From NCBI GenBank assembly GCA_020184695.1, contig JAANOX010000124.1, positions 1 through 58,527 on the forward strand: a stretch of DNA of 58,527 bases. Reading direction: 5' to 3'. Position 1 is the first letter of the stretch. The number at the start of each line of letters is the position of its first letter. Under the pieces are notes generated by a model. That model had not been told where the DNA came from and searched no databases. It saw only the letters and a list, made by a program, of their open reading frames with translations. The position numbers and the translations under genes were made by a program. Shown in pieces: positions 57,001 through 58,527 of the stretch. The DNA comes from Histomonas meleagridis 2922-C6/04-290x. Taxonomy: Eukaryota; Protista; Parabasalia.

Positions 57001-58510
57001 TTAGATATTTTTAAATCTTTCTGTAATTTATTATAGTGAATTTCAAATTCCGGGATATCGACATCAATAACTTTTTTAATTTTATTAATTCGAATTATAC
57101 TTTCTTGAATATTCGCAGTAGTAGTAGTAATAGGAATTATATTAATATTAAGATTATGGTCTTTAATTGAAATATCTGAAGTGATTTCTTCTATATTAAC
57201 ATTAATATTATGATTTAAAATCGCTGCATTAGAAATAATCGTATCATAGATAGGTTGAACATCATGATATCTAATTATAGGTTTAGATGTAATAATTTCG
57301 TTGACTGGTTTAATTTCGTTTTCTATAATCTTAGGTTTGAAAGTAATTGTTTCCTTAATCGGTTCAATATTATTTTCCATAATTATAGGTTTAATTGTCA
57401 TTATTTCATTAATTGGTTCTATTCAATTTTCCATAATCTTTGGTTTTTTAGTAATTAATCCCGTCACTTTTGGATTCAATATTTTAGAATCTACTATAGG
57501 TTCTATTTTAAGTTCGTTAATAATAGGATTAGATATAATCAATTCGAATTTAGGTTCGATATTATGTGATAAAATTATTGGGTTAGATGTAATCGTTTCA
57601 TTAATTGGTTTAACCTCGTGATTAATAATAGTGGGAGTAGAAGTTACTGTTTCATTAATAGGATTAACTTCATGGACTTGAACATTAGGTGTAGATATTA
57701 GATTTGAACTTAAAGTGTTTGGAATAGGAATTTCCTTGTGAAATTTAATGTATTAGAAGTCTTTGATTCATAATTTAAATTACCATTATTAATAATCAAT
57801 CGATCAGTAAAAATATTAGTATTTACCCATAATTGTTATTATTAATCATCATTTTGTTGATATAAATCTTTTGTCTAAGATTATTTACAGCTATATTAAA
57901 TATTGGTTTGAATCAGGTTCAAAAGGCATTTGAGGGGGTTTGTTTGGTCCTACAAATAACCTTAAATCAAGCAAACCTCGTTCAATTTCTTCTATTGTCG
58001 GATAAATCTTAGGAGCATTTTCATGTATAACTAAAGTTCCTGACTCTATTGTAGCTTGCCCTCTATATAGAATAAGTCCTTGAGCGTCCCCACAATTGAT
58101 TGGTAAAAGATGCATTATATCTGGATCTGATGAGATTATTACCCATTCTGGTGGTGGTGGTAAATTCTCTCCTTATGATGTATATGAATGTGGATTGTAA
58201 TGAATATCTTTGATTAATAGTATCTCGTGGGGAAATGGTTCGTTCCTCGAAAATTTAATCTCGTTTTCTTGTTGTGGTACTATTTCGTTCGGAATTACTG
58301 GTGATTCTTCGACAACCGGTTCTCGTTGTATCGTCGCAGGCCCTCTCGGACGTTCGGTAGAAATTTATGTGCATCTGATCGAGGGTCAGTTTTACAAATC
58401 CGGCCGATACTTATACCATTGTGATCCTCTCCTTGAGGAGAATACAATACTCGAGTTTGAGGATGTAAAAAATTTGCAAAAAAATTCATTCTCCTGTGTG
58501 GTTTATTCAT
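57000..58510 (-). pseudogene. ORF-B module with an 18-aa (54-bp) tandem repeat, upstream of RT
   Basis: ggtt anchors at 57253, 57307, 57361, 57415, 57499, 57553, 57607 and 57661. Units resemble EIKPVNEIITSKPIIRYH. Confidence 0.65.
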
Positions 58511-58527
58511 TCATAATTATCATTAAA

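Overview
Very AT-rich eukaryotic DNA. It is most likely a parabasalid (Tritrichomonas/Histomonas-like); this is inferred from intron-less host genes, TCA(Y)(T/A) initiator motifs just upstream of ATGs and the transposon repertoire. Only a few host genes are present: Raptor-like, a Rab GTPase, hemolysin-III/PAQR and a YccF+Ca2+/H+ exchanger. The rest is nested mobile DNA. The main find is three partial copies (V1 ~11.4-16.4 kb on minus, V2 ~19.1-25.3 kb, V3 ~30.7-34.8 kb) of an endogenous DNA virus-like element. It carries a putative double-jelly-roll major capsid protein, an A32-like packaging ATPase, up to three tandem Trp/Lys-rich amphipathic peptide genes and a stand-alone chromodomain gene after the capsid gene. 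V1 also has a degraded poxvirus-A22/RuvC-like resolvase. V2 and V3 start with a perfect GC-rich palindrome whose arms co-vary between copies. I see no DNA polymerase, protease or rve integrase in any copy. Also present: a CRESS-virus Rep fragment abutting the V2 hairpin; two tyrosine recombinases, one enclosed by ~50-bp inverted repeats inside an oddly spaced ankyrin array; R2/NeSL-type RLE non-LTR retrotransposon pieces linked to an unexplained 'ORF-B' module; a MULE with long TIRs; and IS481-like, IS1595/Merlin-like and P-like transposase relics. Many frameshifts fall in homopolymers and may be long-read errors. All family calls come from motif reading by eye, with no database search.
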